Positions 62,450 to 64,000 of a stretch of 64,000 bases of DNA are shown here, piece after piece. Source of the stretch: an uncultured Holophaga sp. (lineage in GTDB: Bacteria > Acidobacteriota > Holophagae > Holophagales > Holophagaceae); the NCBI GenBank assembly GCA_963664825.1, contig OY761614.1, forward strand, positions 1,376,001 through 1,440,000, read 5' to 3'. The translations under genes were made by a program, and so were the position numbers. The notes under the pieces were generated by a model. That model was not told the origin of the DNA, did no database searches, and saw only the letters and a list, made by a program, of their open reading frames with translations. The stretch's first letter is position 1, and each line of letters starts with the position of its first letter.

Positions 62450-64000
62450 ATGCTCCGCCACCCAGCTCTGCCCCTTTGTCTGGCCCTCTGCCTCTCCACC
62501 CAAGGGTTTGGAAATTCCCTGAGGGCCCTGCGCATCGCCACGCCCATCCGGATGGATGGTCGGCTCTCGGAAGCCGTCTGGGAGCGCGCCGAAGCCGCCA
62601 CGGGCTTCACCGTATCCTGGCCTGAATTCGGCAAGGAAGCAGGCCTGCCCACGGAAGTGAAGGTCCTCTACGATAGCAACTTCATCTATGTGGGCGCCCG
62701 GATGCACCATCCCAAGGGCCAGGCCAAAGTCATCCGGCGCCTGCATCGCCGCGACCAGGACAGCTCCAGCGACTGGTTCACGGTGTACGTGGACAGCCTC
62801 AGGGACCGCCGCTCGGCCCTGGCCTTCGCCGTGAACGCCAGCGGCGTCCAGCGGGATGCCATCCACTCCGAGGACAGCGGCTCCGGGGATACCAGCTGGG
62901 ATGGCGTCTGGGAGAGTTCCGTCTCGGTGGATCGCGATGGCTGGACCGCCAAGCTCAAGATCCCCCTTTCCCTCCTGCGGATCCGCCCCGGGCGCGAGGC
63001 CCAAGCCTGGGGCATCAACTTCAGCCGCTCCGATCAGGGGCCTGTGCGGGAAACGAGCTACTGGGAGCTCCCCCCCCGGGGGGAGAACGCCTTCGTGAGT
63101 CGCTTCCCGGAACTCACGGGCATCGAAGGCATCCGCCCTCAGCTCCGCCGCGAATGGGTGCCCTATGTGAGCCTGGAGCGGAAGTTCGAGACGACCCGGT
63201 CCTACGATGACCGCACCTGGACGCCTCATGCGGGCTTCGATGCCCATTTGGGCCTCACGAGCAACTCCCAGCTGGATCTATCCCTGCGGCCGGACTTCGG
63301 ACAGGTAGAGGTGGACCAGGCCGTCCTGAACCTGGGCACCTATGAGACCTACCTGACGGAAAAACGCCCCTTCTTCCTGGAAGGCATGGAGATCTTCCAT
63401 GTGGCCGGCAATACCCTCCTCTACAGCCGACGCATCGGCCAGGGCCTTGCGGACCCGGACTTGAACCCCGGGGAGACCCTCACCGATAGGCCTCAGGCTA
63501 CTGATATCAACGGAGCCGCAAAATATACGGCCAAGCTGGAAGGCGGACTCAGCCTGGGCGTGCTGGGAGCCTCCGTGGCCCAGGCTAAGGCCACCCTTCG
63601 GGATGCTTCTGGCGATACCTTCCAACGGGAGATCTACCCCCTCACCAACTACGGGCTCCTGCGGGTACAGCAGACGCTGGGGGAGGGTGGGAGCTATGTG
63701 GGGGGCTTCGGTTCCTTCATGCGCCAGGCCAGTGTCGATGGCCGGGAGGCCCAGGTCCAGGCCCTGGATACGGTCCTCAAGAGCCGCGACCGCAGCACCA
63801 CCGCGGAATTCACCCTGGCCCGCAGCCAGGCGGGCACACGGGAGCCCGGAGATCAGGAGGAGGGCTACCGGGGGCGGTTCCGCCTGAATCGCCAATGGCA
63901 TTCCGGATGGACCCTGGAATTCCAGGCCATCAACGCTTCTCATACCTTCAATCCCAACGACATGGGCTACCTGAGCCGGGCCGACGAACAGCGCACCTAC
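62450..64000 (+). CDS. CBM9-like/DUF5916 secreted or outer-membrane protein (3' end outside window)
   Basis: Not in the ORF track because it has no stop; ATG 62450, signal peptide, MDGRLSEAVW, TEVKVLYD, FAVNASGVQRD, PDFGQVEVD, EKRPFFLEG, YSRRIG. Confidence 0.85.
   Translation, partial: MLRHPALPLCLALCLSTQGFGNSLRALRIATPIRMDGRLSEAVWERAEAATGFTVSWPEFGKEAGLPTEVKVLYDSNFIYVGARMHHPKGQAKVIRRLHRRDQDSSSDWFTVYVDSLRDRRSALAFAVNASGVQRDAIHSEDSGSGDTSWDGVWESSVSVDRDGWTAKLKIPLSLLRIRPGREAQAWGINFSRSDQGPVRETSYWELPPRGENAFVSRFPELTGIEGIRPQLRREWVPYVSLERKFETTRSYDDRTWTPHAGFDAHLGLTSNSQLDLSLRPDFGQVEVDQAVLNLGTYETYLTEKRPFFLEGMEIFHVAGNTLLYSRRIGQGLADPDLNPGETLTDRPQATDINGAAKYTAKLEGGLSLGVLGASVAQAKATLRDASGDTFQREIYPLTNYGLLRVQQTLGEGGSYVGGFGSFMRQASVDGREAQVQALDTVLKSRDRSTTAEFTLARSQAGTREPGDQEEGYRGRFRLNRQWHSGWTLEFQAINASHTFNPNDMGYLSRADEQRTY

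Overview
GC-rich bacterial chromosomal window of about 50 tightly packed genes. Gene content (Oar-type TonB receptor, kinase-propeller fusion, DUF5916/CBM9 protein, citrate fermentation genes) suggests an anaerobic acidobacterium such as Holophagaceae/Geothrix; this is an inference. From left to right: (1) the end of a surface-glycan locus (rfbB, GT2-GT4 fusion); (2) a sigma54-controlled operon joining monomeric isocitrate dehydrogenase and aconitase to citrate lyase citC-D-E-F-X, with no citG; (3) pdp, a TonB receptor, a LytS/LytTR pair, marC, an acyltransferase with a duplicated 5' end, and a Ser/Thr kinase; (4) a minus-strand run headed by a catalytically degenerate TrpC barrel fused to a histone-H1-like Lys/Ala repeat, followed by eno-ftsB-dapF-parA-parB-folC; (5) a flagellar filament locus with a very short 216-aa flagellin (sigma28 promoter, two CsrA-type hairpins), flaG, fliD, five tandem TPR-glycosyltransferase paralogues, inverted fliS/fliT-like genes and two methyltransferases, one an AT-rich graft; (6) a plus-strand run with a kinase, rnc, a degenerate HisA-like barrel, an ECF sigma module, an MsbA-like ABC transporter and queA, then a degenerate PdeM-like phosphoesterase and a truncated DUF5916 protein. 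No rRNA, tRNA, CRISPR array or intact mobile element was recognised. The most promising undescribed systems are the TrpC-pseudoenzyme/histone-like fusion with a nested start, and the minimal flagellin with its glycosyltransferase array. All calls come from reading motifs by eye; no searches were run.
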